From Eledone cirrhosa (taxonomy: Eukaryota), in contig OZ024742.1 in the NCBI GenBank assembly GCA_964016885.1, forward strand, positions 315,952,001 through 316,016,000: 64,000 bases of DNA, written 5' to 3'. The position numbers and the translations under genes were made by a program. A model generated the notes under the pieces. It made no database searches. It was not told the DNA's origin and saw nothing but the letters and a program-made list of their open reading frames with translations. Below, piece by piece: positions 39,110-52,699 of the stretch. Within the stretch, counting starts at the first letter, position 1, and each line of letters opens with the position of its first letter.

Positions 39110-39470
39110 TCCAGAATCACATCATGAGACGTATGACTGGCAAGTGGCTCAGCGGCCGTATCTCTATCAGTGAGCTGCTCAACATTACCAAACTTAGACC
39201 AATTACATCAATAGTCAAGAGTACTCAAACTATACGGTCATATAAAAAGATCAACTCGTGGTGTGAGTAGGTTATACCTGAAAGGAAGGTTGGCTGGTAA
39301 GAGAAGCAAAAGCCGGAAGCCAAAACGATGGCTTGACAATGTCAATTTATGGACTGGACTTGATCTTTGCTCTTTGAACTCTGCTGCTGGTGATCGAACT
39401 TTGCGGAGAGAGATATCACATGTTAATGCACAGTCTGTAACTGGCGGAGCTTAGCGCCACAAGAAGAATG
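39110..39470 (+). mobile_element. Degenerate RTE LINE 3' end
   Basis: LYGHIKRS..LKGRLAGKRSKSRKPKRWLDNV..DRTLRR, with an AAGAAGAA tail. Confidence 0.75.
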
Positions 39471-40595
39471 CGTAGTTTTAATATGCACGATTTTAAATCT
39501 ATCGTGTTAGTAAAAAAAAAGTCTTCATACCGAAATTGCTAAGGTTTTAATTTTCTAAGTTTTAATTTAAGTTTTCACTTTTCTAAATTTTATTTTTTTT
39601 ATTGTAAATAGAATCGTCCATACTATGTCCCAATAGATTTGACATAGTATGACCATGTTTCACAGATTGTGTGTCATATTCACATATTCACATATTCACA
39701 TAAGTATAATCATAAAGTCTTATACATTATATTTTTAAGATCATTTTACAGCATAACGTTCTATTTCCATTTCATATATAATTTAGTATTTTAAGTATTA
39801 AACGTTTTTTAATTAATTTCCTCAAAATTTGCCCATTCGAAGATGAATGATTATCTACCACAAACAGGTTTAGAAAAATCACATTTTCTCACAAATATCT
39901 GATTAATTCCCACACTGACAATACTGTGCTGCAGTTTGAAGTCGAGGGTCGCCTGAAACTTTCTTTGGTTGATCAAGATACTCTCATAAAATGACCAAAT
40001 GAGGTGTATTTTTCAACATAGTCCCTGGAAAGAAACAATGCAGTTATTAATAAGAAAAGTTGAAATTAATGAATGCAAGATTTCACAGCTCTAGCATAAC
40101 TTATTCATAGTCAGCCTATGAACATTTCAGCCCGCCCTCGTAAAATGCTAAATTATTCCGAATTTACTTAATATAGAAAAGGTATTATTGTAAAAAATGC
40201 AAGTGATTATGAAAACGGAAAAGGAAGAGAAAGGGTTTGGAATCTGCCATTTTGATATGGTGTGTGATTACGTCATTTGATTATAATAAGAAAAATATTA
40301 ACAATGATAAACAATTTAACACATTTAACACTATCCGCTATATGACGTGTTTCATTTACAATGCTGTCGATGAAGCTAACAATAAATTAGATAAATAGCC
40401 AGCACTGCATGTATAAATCAAAACATACAGCTCTACACCTACAAGAATCAATGATTGCACATATACATGTGTGTGTGTGTAGATACATCCATTCATTCAT
40501 CTACATACATCCACCCACCCACCTATCCATTCATACATACATTCATACATACATGGGTGGAAGCATGCATACATACATATATACATATATACATA

Positions 40596-41030
40596 ACTTT
40601 GATAGATTTCGGCTAGTATTGGCCCAGGCCATGTCTAACTTAATAGCACCACCTGGCGAAGTCTTTCAAATCAGGATTTGGACACCATGGCCCACTCAAG
40701 TAGAGAGTTATTTTTTACGGAGACATACCCGGGTGTAGGAGGTTTATCCGGGATCTCTTGAAGCAATTTGTCGAAAGACTTTTTAAATTTTATGGGGTCT
40801 GTTTCTGCTTTAATGTGTTTTGGTGTAATGTTAAAGAGAGCGGGGCCAATTGAGGTGAAATAATTGTATCATAATATTGTTATGAGATGCGAGTTTGATT
40901 TTTATTGTGGGCGGATAGCACGGTGCCCAAGCCTTAGGTGTACTTTAAAGGTGATGCAAACATCCCTTGGGCAATGCTGATGGAATATTTTTCACATCAT
41001 GCAGATAATGTAGCGCTCACGACGGCGTTC
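40596..41030 (-). mobile_element. CR1-group LINE 3' fragment
   Basis: Minus translation ERRRERYII..GPALFNITPKHIK..FKKSFDKLLQEIPDKPPTPGY..NSLLEW. Confidence 0.78.
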
Positions 41031-41620
41031 GTATTTGATGTCTAAATTCGAATGGAAGAGTCTTGTGTCTCTGTTAGAAACCGGCTCTCTCTCTCTGTTG
41101 GTAAACATCTATAAAATAATTGTTTCTACTTTTGGCACAAGGCCAGCAATTACCCAGTGCATTACTGGTACTTTATTTTATCTACCCCATAAGGATGAAA
41201 GGCAAAGTTAACCTCGCTGGGATTTGAACTCAGTCTGTAAAGGGACGTAACTATGCTAGAAAGCATGGCATCCGACTCTCTACCGATACTGCCAATCCAC
41301 CACCCTTCAAACATCTATAAAATAATAAAATCAGAAGTACATACATACATACATACGTACGTACGTACGTACGTACATACATACATACATACGTACGTAC
41401 ATACATTCATACATACATGCATAGATACATACATACAAACATACATACAAACATACATACAAACATACATACATACAAATATACATACAAACATACATAC
41501 ATACACACATACATACTCAGCTGATGTCTAAATTTCAATGATGCAATTTTCTTTATGTATTAGAAACTGGATTTTATTCTATTGGTGAGAAATTTGAAAA
41601 ATAAAATCAGATGAACATAC
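41031..41620 (+). mobile_element. Two short 3'UTR fragments related to R4/Dong-like family A, each followed by (CATA)n
   Basis: TGATGTCTAAATT..TTAGAAAC.GG..TTGGT.A..ATAAAATCAGA.G.ACATACATAC matches the reverse complement of 13333-13430. Confidence 0.7.
41121..41309 (-). mobile_element. tRNA-derived SINE with 18-bp TSD nested in the R4-like 3'UTR
   Basis: AAACATCTATAAAATAAT occurs at 41103-41120 and 41310-41327. Confidence 0.92.
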
Positions 41621-41917
41621 ATACAAAGATTCACACAAACAAACATCTATACATACGTATTTACGTACAAACATACATACATGCATACATACATATGTAC
41701 ATACATAAATACGTAAGTACATACATACATATACATACATACGTACGTACGTACAAACATACATACAAACATACATACATACGTATTTACGTACGTACAT
41801 ACATACATACATACATACATACATACATACATACATACATACATACATACATACATACATACGTAAGTACATACATATATATACATACATACGTACGTAC
41901 GTACATACGTACGTACA

Positions 41918-41951
<34 letters not shown>

Positions 41952-42172
41952 CAATCGTATTTACGTACATACATACATGCATACATATATACGTAAGTAC
42001 ATACATACATACGTACGTACATACATACATACATACATATATACATACGTATTTACGTACATACATACATGCATACATACATATGTACATACATACATAC
42101 GCAAGTACATACATACATATACATACGTACGTACTTACATACATACATACGTACGTCCATACATACATACAT

Positions 42173-42560
42173 GGTGGCTGCCAACTCGTTTTCGAGTACG
42201 GCCACTACTTTATATCCATGTAGGAGAACCCCTATTGATGCGCTGAACGAGTGTGACTTTTTAGTCCAGCCAGCGACTTGAAAACTCTGGTAGGTACAAA
42301 CGCTACACTTGTGACAATTACTGACACATAGTGCTGGGCCCATGGTACCATGTGACGACAAGTGCAGAGAGATCTCCAGATATAAAGCAATGCCTGTGCC
42401 GTGAAGCTTTTATAGTGAGCAAAGGCACTGCACAAAGCCAGTCCCACTCTCTTAACCAAGATGATATTTACCAAAAAGAAGAACAAGTCAACATCATTGG
42501 ATACCATCAGGGTTGCAGGTGTTATATCAGAGTTTTCCTTCTCCTAGAATTCTGCCTTGA
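42173..42560 (-). mobile_element. RTE-derived short element, 5'-truncated, in a (CATA)n tract
   Basis: Reverse complement of the 21266/23171-type copy. Confidence 0.9.
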
Positions 42561-43009
42561 ATATATACATATACATGCATAAATACATACATACATACAT
42601 ACATAGATACATACGTACGTACATACATATATACATACATACTTACGTACATACACCTACTCATTCATTCATGCTGACGTACAAAAAGTTGGAGTCTTCT
42701 TACTTCTGATTAAAACACAAGATCCTGTTTCATGTTTCACTCGACACCGAATCTGTAATATTCAGCACACAATCCCACAACGCCATTCATAAAATGTTGT
42801 CCTTGAATAAAAACTACACTGTTAATTTTAGTGCCAGATGTTTCTTGCTTTTCATATAGATATACTTATATTGACGTAAACGTATACAAACATAAAAATA
42901 TACCAGTTGCTTTTCTATTTGGATGTTTTTAAATGACGACGATTGAAGGTTTTATGGCATTACTACAGTTTACTATCCACTCTATTCTCTTTCCTCATAA
43001 CTTTCTTAA

Positions 43010-45285
43010 TAATTGTTTGTATTTTTGGCACAAGGCCAGCAATAACCCAGTACATTACTGGTACTTCATTTTATCGACCCCGTAAGGATGAAAGGCAATG
43101 TTAACAATGAACAGTTTCAGTTGATGTGTTTTTTGAAGTATAGATTACGATTACATTGATGAATTTGAGAAATAATAACTATACAATACATTATTGATTG
43201 TATACCAGCATAGTTACGTCCCTTTACGATCTGAGTTCAAATCCTGCCGAGGTTAACTTTTCCTTTCATCCTTACGGGGTCGATAAAATAAAGTACCAGT
43301 AATGCACTGGGATAATTGCTGGCCTTGTGCCAAAAGTTGAAACAATTATTAAAAACTTCATTATTAAATACTAAGGCGGTGTATTGGCAGTATCAGTAGA
43401 TGGTCGGATGCCATGCTTTGCAGTATAGTGTTACGGCCCTTTACGATCTGAAATCAAATCCCTCCGAGGTTAACTTTGCTTTTCATCCTTACGAGGTCGC
43501 TAAAATAAAAGCACCAGTAATGCACTGGGATAATTGTTGGCCTTGTGCCTAAAGTTATTAAATACTTTTGTGCCAAACAATTATTAAATACTTTTGCTTG
43601 CTGAATACTTTCAATTTATATTTGTAATAGGTTAAATGAAAATTGGACATTTTTCCATTATCCCTCCTAAAATAATTGTTTCTACTTTTGAAACAAGGCC
43701 AGCAATTATCCCAGTGCATTATTGGTACTTTATTTTATCGACCACGTAAGGATGAAAGGCAAAGTTAACCTCGGTGAGATTCGAACTCAGAACGTAAATT
43801 GTTGCAAAGCATCGTGTCTGACGCTTTACCGATACCTAAAATAATGTCGATAAGGAATAATATAATTGAACTTTATTATTATAAGGGGCGGTGAATTGGC
43901 AGTATCGGTAGAGCGTCGGACGCCATGCTTTGTAGCATAGAGTTACGGGCCTTTACGATCTGAGTTCAAATCCCGTCGAGGTTAACTTTGCCTTTCATCC
44001 TTATGGGGTCGATAAAATAAAGTACTAGCAACGTACAGGGGTTGATTTAATCGACCCCCCCCAAAAAAAAAGAATTACTGGCCTTGTGCCTATACTAGAA
44101 ATCATTATTCCTAGTTACTGTCATTGTTGTTTACTACCCTCAGCAATAAACATTACCTTAAGAAATAACCATTATTTTCTCTTGTTCAACATTCAGTAAT
44201 CTAGAACTAACGTATTCAATGCATCTATCCTCTTTTAATACGGTAAAATCTGATTTGAAGGATATTTGACTGCTATTTCTCGCAAGTAAAGCCAACATAT
44301 AGAGGCTTCTTCATTGTTTGAGGTTTCCCAGGCTAAATTGTAAAGGCGTGTGACTTAATGGTTAAAGTATTGAATTCACAATGATAAGATCGTGAGTTCT
44401 ATTCACGGACCGCGAGATGCGTATTTCCTTGAGCAAGACACTTTATTTCGTGCTATTCTGCCAGGAATTGTGACCGGTAGATAGTTTCAGCAACGGAAAG
44501 ACCAATGGAATCTTTGTTTCCTTCGTCCGATTTGAAGAGTTCCACCTCACTTGTTTAGCAAATGAGGTCTGGGATCTTGTGGGATAAACTAAAAAAAGTT
44601 TAAGTTGCTGGTAAATAAACATTACTATAGGCACAAGATCAGCAATTTGGGAGAGGGAAAAGTCGATTAAATCGACCCCAGTGCATTACTGGTACTTAAT
44701 TTTGTCGATCATGTAAGAATGAAACGCAAAGCTAACCTCGGTGGGATTTGCGCAGACTGTAAAGGACCGTAACTCTATGCTGCAAAGAATGCTGTCCGAC
44801 GCTCTACCGATACTATCAATCCACCGACCTGCGGTGAAATAATTGTTTCTACTTTTGGCACAAGGCCAGCAATTATCCCAATGTATTACTGGTACTTTAT
44901 TTTATCGACCCCTTAAGGATGAAAAGCAAAGTTAACCTCAGCGGGTTTTGAACTCAGTCCGTAAAGGGACGTAACTGTGCTGCAATGCATGGCGTCCGAC
45001 CCTCTACCGATACTGCCACTCCACGCCCTAGCATGGCGTCCGACCCTCTACCGATACTGCCAATCCGGTGAAATAATGATTTCTAATTTGAGCTTAAGAA
45101 CAGCAATTTTAAAAAGTAGAAAGTCGATTAAACCAAATCCAGTGTGTGACTGGTACGTTAATTTACCGACTCCTGAAAGGATGAAAGGCAAAGTTGACGT
45201 CGGGTGTATTTGAACTCAGAGCGTAATTAAACGCCGCACAGCATTTTGTTCGTCGTTCTAACGATTCTGCCAATCCGTCGCCCTA
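43010..45285. mobile_element. Cluster of about 8 tRNA-derived SINE copies in mixed orientation, plus a second SINE head at ~44345-44450
   Basis: Copies at ~43010(-), 43205(+), 43375(+), 43673(-), 43887(+), 44620(-), 44838(-) and 45070(-). Confidence 0.88.
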
Positions 45286-45991
45286 ATTAACAAGAAAATA
45301 ATAGCTAGGAAAGTTGGCTGCAATAGATTAATTGTCTACTGGTAACTATATTTACAACATATGCATTGTTAATTATCTTGAAATGAAATTCATAATTTTC
45401 ATTTCCTGCTTTAAAGAAAGTCAATTATAATACAAAGGTATAAATAGACACATATAATGTGTCTAGGGACAACAAACATACATGTAGTTTCGGTGTAATT
45501 ATTTGAAGCTGTGATAATGTCATAGTTACCACAGCATCGAGGTCAGAACCATGGATGATTGCATTTCACTGTTATAAATAATCACTGCTATCGTTCTTAT
45601 GCCCAGATACTGAGGTATGAAATTCAATATAGCTTGCACTGTATGAATATAAACCTTTATTAAGAATAATGTGAGGATCCAACTTTACTTTAAAACAAAT
45701 ATCTTGTACATATAAACACAATTTATATAATAAATATTTACGAAAGAAAGAAATCAATAGAAATTACCCAGAAAAGCCCTAGAGACAACATTCACACGCT
45801 ACAACAGGGATGCTGAATTTTTGAGACAAGCCAGGACACGCAAGGCATTACCATGGATTATAGCGAGGCTAAAGCGCTATAATAGCCAAGACTCTAACGA
45901 GTATCATCCAATACTTCAGTAAGGCGTGCCGCGAACAACGAGAAAAAAACTCGTTATTAGAGCCCTAGCTCCACTGAACTTCTTGGGGGAA

Positions 45992-46038
45992 TTATCAGAA
46001 AATTACATTATTCTTTGAATAATGTAATTTTCTGATAA
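45992..46038. repeat. Perfect hairpin, 22-bp arms, TTT loop
   Basis: TTATCAGAAAATTACATTATTC-TTT-GAATAATGTAATTTTCTGATAA. Confidence 0.9.
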
Positions 46039-46532
46039 ATCAGGGTATTGCAAAAGTTTATTCCGTTCCGCTGTGGATGCAGTGACTCTCAACCTCACTA
46101 CAATATCAAGATTATGAGAAGCAACGAAAGAGCCACTGACAATAGCATCCCCTATGTGAGTTCTACCTCTAACCCAACTGCAAAGAGTAAGCCATCGGGA
46201 CTCTTTACATTGAGCCTGGTTGTCCCCAGAATTACAAGCGTATTCACTCTGGTTAGGGCCCGTTTACAAAATCTGTAAGACTATACTATGATCCTCTTGG
46301 TGTATTTTACCAGAGAGCTGATATAATGAAAGGAAAGAAATAATTGGAACATGGAGCAAAAGTAACGATTGTTTGAAAAAGATTTATATGCTGATAATTC
46401 ATTGTAACAGCACTACTTTTTCTTGAACAGCAAGGAGTTTTCTACGTGGTCGCTCGAATTACTATTAATAGCAGCCAAAACTATTACTAAATCACGCAGT
46501 AACAAGTTAGATCAAGAAAGATGCACTGAACT

Positions 46533-46645
<113 letters not shown>

Positions 46646-48126
46646 CCCCCCCCCCCACATATATATATATATATATATATATACACAACACACACATACA
46701 AAGCGCGAATGATCATGGTCGGAACAATTTTCATCATGATTTAATCGATCAACACGGACTCAGGTTAAACAACAAGATTACCTAAATATGAAACATTAAC
46801 TAAGATGTATCAGGAATTAAAATCCACCCCGACCTCATTAAATGTTCCACATTGTATATGTTAGATGGTTTGCCACATTGAAGCTAGAAAGATAGATCAG
46901 ATGGTGGTAAATATATACATATACAATGGAAGAAAACTCCCACTGTCACTCCGTCTTTCTCGCTCTTTCTATCTCTCACTATTATAAGCAAATGGGGTCC
47001 CACGCGCTGGCCGCCCCGTGGCCCTGGCAGACAGAATAGAAAAGCCTACTCTGTACCGATGGTGGTCAGTAGGGAGGTGGTCCTAGGGCCAAGGACACCA
47101 AAACTCTCTAATATATTCAAGAGTTTAATGAATGTTTCTACAAGTCCGTGTTGTTTAGCAGGATGCTGTTTTCTAACAAAATGTGATTATAAGTGATCTG
47201 AATAAATATCGTGAGAATTGTAGTTGTCTGAGAGTTTAGGGTTAGCACGTGATATGAAATGTATACAGTACGTAAGAGAAATAATATGGAAACTTCACGT
47301 AGCGAAATATTACGTCTCTTCAACGGCGCTCACCATACATATATCATTTGAATGAAAACCAGAAATAGCGTATTTAATGACAACCCATTTAATAAATCAA
47401 TAATGTGTGTAACGTTTATATTTTGTCGCCATGAAAAATAGCTGAAAGGTTGATTGTTTCGCTTTAATTATTCAACTTTTACTCCATTAAAATATCCATT
47501 TTCGTGAGAGTTAAAAAGAATTCACCGACAATGTAGAATTTGAAAGAATCGAATTAACTATTTTAACCCTTTTGATATCAAACCACAACCCCCCCCCCCC
47601 CCCCCCCCCCAGTCAAACAAGACTGTTTATGTGTTTATCTAAAATCCCTCCTCCAAATTCAAATTTTCCAGACACTAGCTTAACAATTAGAAAGTTAGTT
47701 ATATTACTGAATCCATCCGAACTCTTGATTGTTTTCAAAATGATTTTAAAATCATAGGCAGTGTAATTCATTAGAAATATGGTAATGGAAAGGTCGGTGA
47801 TTGATTTTTCAGACTTCTTCACTTAAAATCATAAGAAAAAAAATTTATACAACGTTTTTTTTTCTTCTTTCTAGACATGCCAATCTTTAAAAAACCAAAC
47901 GAGGGGTCCATGAAAAAAGTGCCCTAAAACGGGGAGAAATGTCGCAAAATGACATCTCTCACTCACTCCAAAGTGGGTGGGAGATCTCCCCGTCGGACAG
48001 GTTTGATCTATCTATTCACTGTCAGTAATATGTAAAAGATGTATATGAACACATATACAATATGTTTATGTATAATATACATACATAGTCAGGCTGGGAG
48101 TATTTTAAGCAGTGATCATATCACAG

Positions 48127-48183
<57 letters not shown>

Positions 48184-48226
48184 TGAGATTCTACAGGACT
48201 AGAACTGTTTCATTCTTTAGAAAATA

Positions 48227-48256
48227 CTAGACCACCCGTGACCCGTTGGGCCACGT
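48227..48256 (-). mobile_element. Helitron-type 3' terminus
   Basis: Minus strand CGTGGCCC-AAC-GGGTCACG hairpin, short spacer, then CTAG|T. Confidence 0.6.
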
Positions 48257-48393
48257 TCACTTAAAAATATTTTAAAAAATCATGTTCACTTAAAAATAAT
48301 TTTTAAATAATTAAAATATAAACAGACATGTATATAATGTGAAATGAAACTGGAAAGTCCATATATATACGTGTGTGTATGTATATATATAAT

Positions 48394-48448
<55 letters not shown>

Positions 48449-48541
48449 CTATGTGTGTGTGTGTGTATATATGTGGGTATCCGTGATCCGATATATACAC
48501 TGTCATAGACACACACACACACACATATACATACACACACA

Positions 48542-48591
<50 letters not shown>

Positions 48592-48699
48592 CACATATAC
48601 CACCAGCTCTCACTCTCTCTTCCATTCTCCTTCTCTGTCTCCTCTCCCTCTCTTTATGTCTCTCTTTCAATCCTCTCTCGCACCACCACTATCTCTTTA

Positions 48700-48751
<52 letters not shown>

Positions 48752-48762
48752 CCTCTCTCTCT

Positions 48763-48816
<54 letters not shown>

Positions 48817-48873
48817 CATGGACCTGTTATTTTTAACTAAAGACATTTTTTCCAATTCCATCCCGCCCGTCCC

Positions 48874-49862
48874 CTAAGACTCAGACTCAGAAGCTCACGC
48901 GTCTTGCGACGCATGAGGCAATCATAGTGTTCCACCGCGTTCGGTCAGCAGCTAGTTGCATAGCGTCCCGCCATTGTCTGTTTGTCGCTCGCAGGTCCCT
49001 CACAACTGTCTGGCGCCAGTTCATTTTGGGTCGCCCTCTCCGTCTGCTTCCCTGTGGGTTCCATTTAAGTACTTAGTTCGCCAGTCTCTCCGGGGGAAGT
49101 CTCAGAGTGTGCCCAAACCAGCCCAGGCGTCGCTTGTAGATGGCAGAAGAGACTAGCTGCTGGTTGGTGCGGCTCCTGACTTCCTGGTTTGTTACATGGT
49201 CGCTCTATTTAATCCCCAGGATCTTTCGCAAACACCTGGAATCGAATGCGTCCAACTTCTTCTCTTGGCTGGTCTTAAGGTGCCATGTTTCACTTCCGTA
49301 CAAGAGTATGGACAGCACGTTGCAGTTGTAGAATCTCATCTTTGTTTTGAGAGTGAACTTCTTGCTCTTCCAGATCTTGACAAGCTGGTTAAATGCTGCT
49401 GAGGCCTTTCCCATTCTACATTGCAATTCACTGTCCATGGCGCCCCCTTTGTCAATGGAGCTTCCTAGGTAGGTGAAGTTGTCCACTATCTCCACCTCCC
49501 CCTGTTCAATGAAAACACTAGTTGGTGATGGGTGTGTGCCAGATAACATGCTTTTGGTCTTCTTAGCACTGATATTGAGACCTTACCTTCCTGCTTCGAC
49601 ATTGATATTGTTCATAATGATTTGCAGGTCAGCTGTGCTCTCTGCAAGTGCAACAATATCGTCCGCAAAGTCCAGGTCAGACAACTTTTGCTCTCCCACC
49701 CAAGATATACCCTTGTCTTTAGACGCTCTTCTTAGTACCCAGTCAATGGCTATGGCAAAGAGAATTGGAGAGAGCGAGCAACCCTGACGCACACCAGTAA
49801 CCACCTCAAACCAGCCACTGTAACCATCCTCTGTCCGTATGCAGCACTTGGAGTTTGCGTAA
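48874..49862 (-). mobile_element. 5'-truncated RTE LINE (RT C-terminal half)
   Basis: GVRQGCSLSPILF, DLDFADDIVAL, FTYLGS and LLYGSETW. Short tandem tail (TCTGAG)2. Confidence 0.92.
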
Positions 49863-49884
49863 ATCTATTTTATTTCTCATTCTT

Positions 49885-49920
49885 TCTTCTGATGAAGTAC
49901 TAGCGTCCGAAACGTTAAGA
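49885..49920 (+). ncRNA. Minimal hammerhead in ~145-bp element (49865-50008)
   Basis: tctt-CTGATGA-a-gtac-tagc-gtcc-GAAAC-GTT-aaga, with one stem II mismatch. Confidence 0.75.
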
Positions 49921-50003
49921 CCCTCTTCCTGCTATATCAAGCGTTAACCTAATATATACCTTCCATATACTCTACCGATTGTGTTGTTATTTCTGTTTAC
50001 CTT

Positions 50004-50043
<40 letters not shown>

Positions 50044-50050
50044 TATATTT

Positions 50051-50102
50051 TTTCACCGTATTTTTTTACTAAAGAAATTTTTAGTAAAAGAATACGGTGA
50101 AA
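50051..50102. repeat. Short imperfect palindrome next to (TA)n
   Basis: TTTCACCGTATT.TTTTACTAAA..TTTAGTAAAA.AATACGGTGAAA. Confidence 0.8.
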
Positions 50103-50153
50103 GCTATTCTATTTTCTAATTTCAAACCTGATCACTGTTTCAAAACATATTTA

Positions 50154-50219
<66 letters not shown>

Positions 50220-50287
50220 CAAGGTTTAGCAAATAAGAAAAAGTTTCAAAATAAATTTTAAAAAATTAACTGTACTCACTATGGTTA

Positions 50288-50372
50288 CCTTTACCGAATC
50301 GGTTTCGCGTCTCAAAAATAAATGGACAGTCCTTACGGCCATCCATTGCAAAGATAAACTCTCGTCAGAAGG
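50288..50372 (-). ncRNA. Type-I hammerhead with extended stem II
   Basis: cctt-CTGACGA-g...AATGGATGG.cc-gtaa-gg.CTGTCCATT...c-GAAAC-cg-att-cg-GTA-aagg. It lies in a ~195-bp island flanked by (TA)n on both sides. Confidence 0.8.
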
Positions 50373-50487
50373 ATCTTTTCACTCGGAGAATATAAAATTC
50401 CCGAGTTCAATTATATATATATATACACCATATATATACACCATCGAATAATGTACACCATTTTACCAGGGGAAAAAAAATACTGGT

Positions 50488-50524
<37 letters not shown>

Positions 50525-50817
50525 CACACACACATACACACGCGTACATCAACATACAAAGAGACTTATATACACACACACACACACATACGCACTTCTC
50601 CGTATAAGACAAAAGCTGAAAAATATCTTTTGACATGCTAAAATACCCCCCCATTGCTTTCAGACACATTCTTACTGACCATCCCTGCCACTACGAATTA
50701 CTCTGCTACACACACACACTCACACACACACACACACACACCCACACACTTATCTCAATAGCCATTTGACACACATCGCTGCTAACCATTATCACAACAT
50801 CGAACACCTTACTACTA

Positions 50818-50876
<59 letters not shown>

Positions 50877-51256
50877 CACACACACACACATATTTGTTGT
50901 GAAAGAGTCATTTCTCAATCTTGGCGCAAAACCAATTTTTTATTCACATGACCTCTACCGACCAATCAAAATTGTTTTGACCACAAGAAATTTTGCAACA
51001 CCAAAGTAACGCTGGAGCCACTTTTTTAACATAAAAACAGGTAGAATTCCCAAAACTAATCAGATCAGAGCAAACAGCACGGACACTCTATCTCAAAATT
51101 ATTTTTGAAAAGCATTTAGAAATGCGCAACCGGTAAAAACTTAACAACTTAAAACCACAACTGAATACTAACCCATACAATCACTAATACTCTTTTATTC
51201 CTAATTAAACCATTTTTCAACTGTGAACAATTTGTCAGCATTTTCTATTCCGTTTA

Positions 51257-51312
<56 letters not shown>

Positions 51313-51341
51313 TATACATACCTTCATACAGTCATACATTC

Positions 51342-51393
<52 letters not shown>

Positions 51394-52263
51394 GTCTGTC
51401 TTTCAAATTAACTATGTCCCTATCTTTACATGTAACAAGCTATTTGTTCAATTCCCTTATTCATTTAATGCTTGTTTTTCTTCCTTTTCTTTCCATATCA
51501 TGAGACTTAATTCCATTCTATAGAATTACTAACGGTAAACAATATAACAAAGAGACGTGTAAAACACGGTCAATGTTCATTTCAGGCTGATTCTAAAATA
51601 GTCATCTAGTTGCTAGACCTTTTTGTGTGTTTAGTAATGTGTTTCTGTATCTCCATCTACTTTCACTCTTCCTATGTACACTCACACACACATACACACA
51701 CACATAGATGATGCACACACATACAGACACACATGATTGATGCACACACACATACACACATACATAGATGATGCACACACACACACAAACACACACTCAC
51801 ACACATAAACACATACACATACACACACAAACACACACAAACACACACTCACACACATAAACACACACGCATAGATGCACACATACACATACACACACGA
51901 AGACACACTCACACACATAAGCACACACGCATAGATGCACACACACATACACACACTCACACACATAAACACATACACATACAAACACACACAAACACAC
52001 ACAAATACACATAAACACACATAAACACACGCATATATGCACACACACATACAAACACACACAAACACACGTAAACACACACACACACATACGCATAGAT
52101 GCACACACATACACACACAAACACACACACACACACACACATAAACACATACACATATACGCATAGATGCACACAAAACGATCACAAATACACCCACACA
52201 CATACACACACACAAACAGACACAAGCGCACACACACACACAAACACACACATACACACATAA

Positions 52264-52302
<39 letters not shown>

Positions 52303-52327
52303 ACAACAACAGCAACAAGAACAATAA

Positions 52328-52509
52328 TAATTGTTTCTACATTTGGCACAGGGCCAGCAAATTACCCAGTGCATTACTGGTACTTTATTTTATCGACCCC
52401 GTATGGAGGAAAGGCAAAGTTAACCTCGACGGGATTTGAACTCAGACCCTAAAGGGACATAACTATGCTGGAAAGCATGGCGTCTGACCGATACTGCCAA
52501 TCCACCGTC
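52328..52509 (-). mobile_element. tRNA-derived SINE with ~15-bp TSD
   Basis: CAACAAGAACAATAA occurs on both sides. Confidence 0.88.
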
Positions 52510-52699
52510 CAACAAGAACAATAACAACAACAATAATAATAATAATGATAATAACTATAACAATAATAATAAAACATACATGAATACATATATATAGTAT
52601 CTGTGTGTGTGTGTGTGTTTGTGTGTGCGTGTGCAATTATTTGTATGCATATATATTGAATAGGAAAACAGAAGGTCATGTGACAACCATTTTGCGTTC

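Noticed and set aside
47563-47830. Possible piggyBac-type MITE starting TTAACCCTTT
   Set aside because: No matching opposite terminus found.
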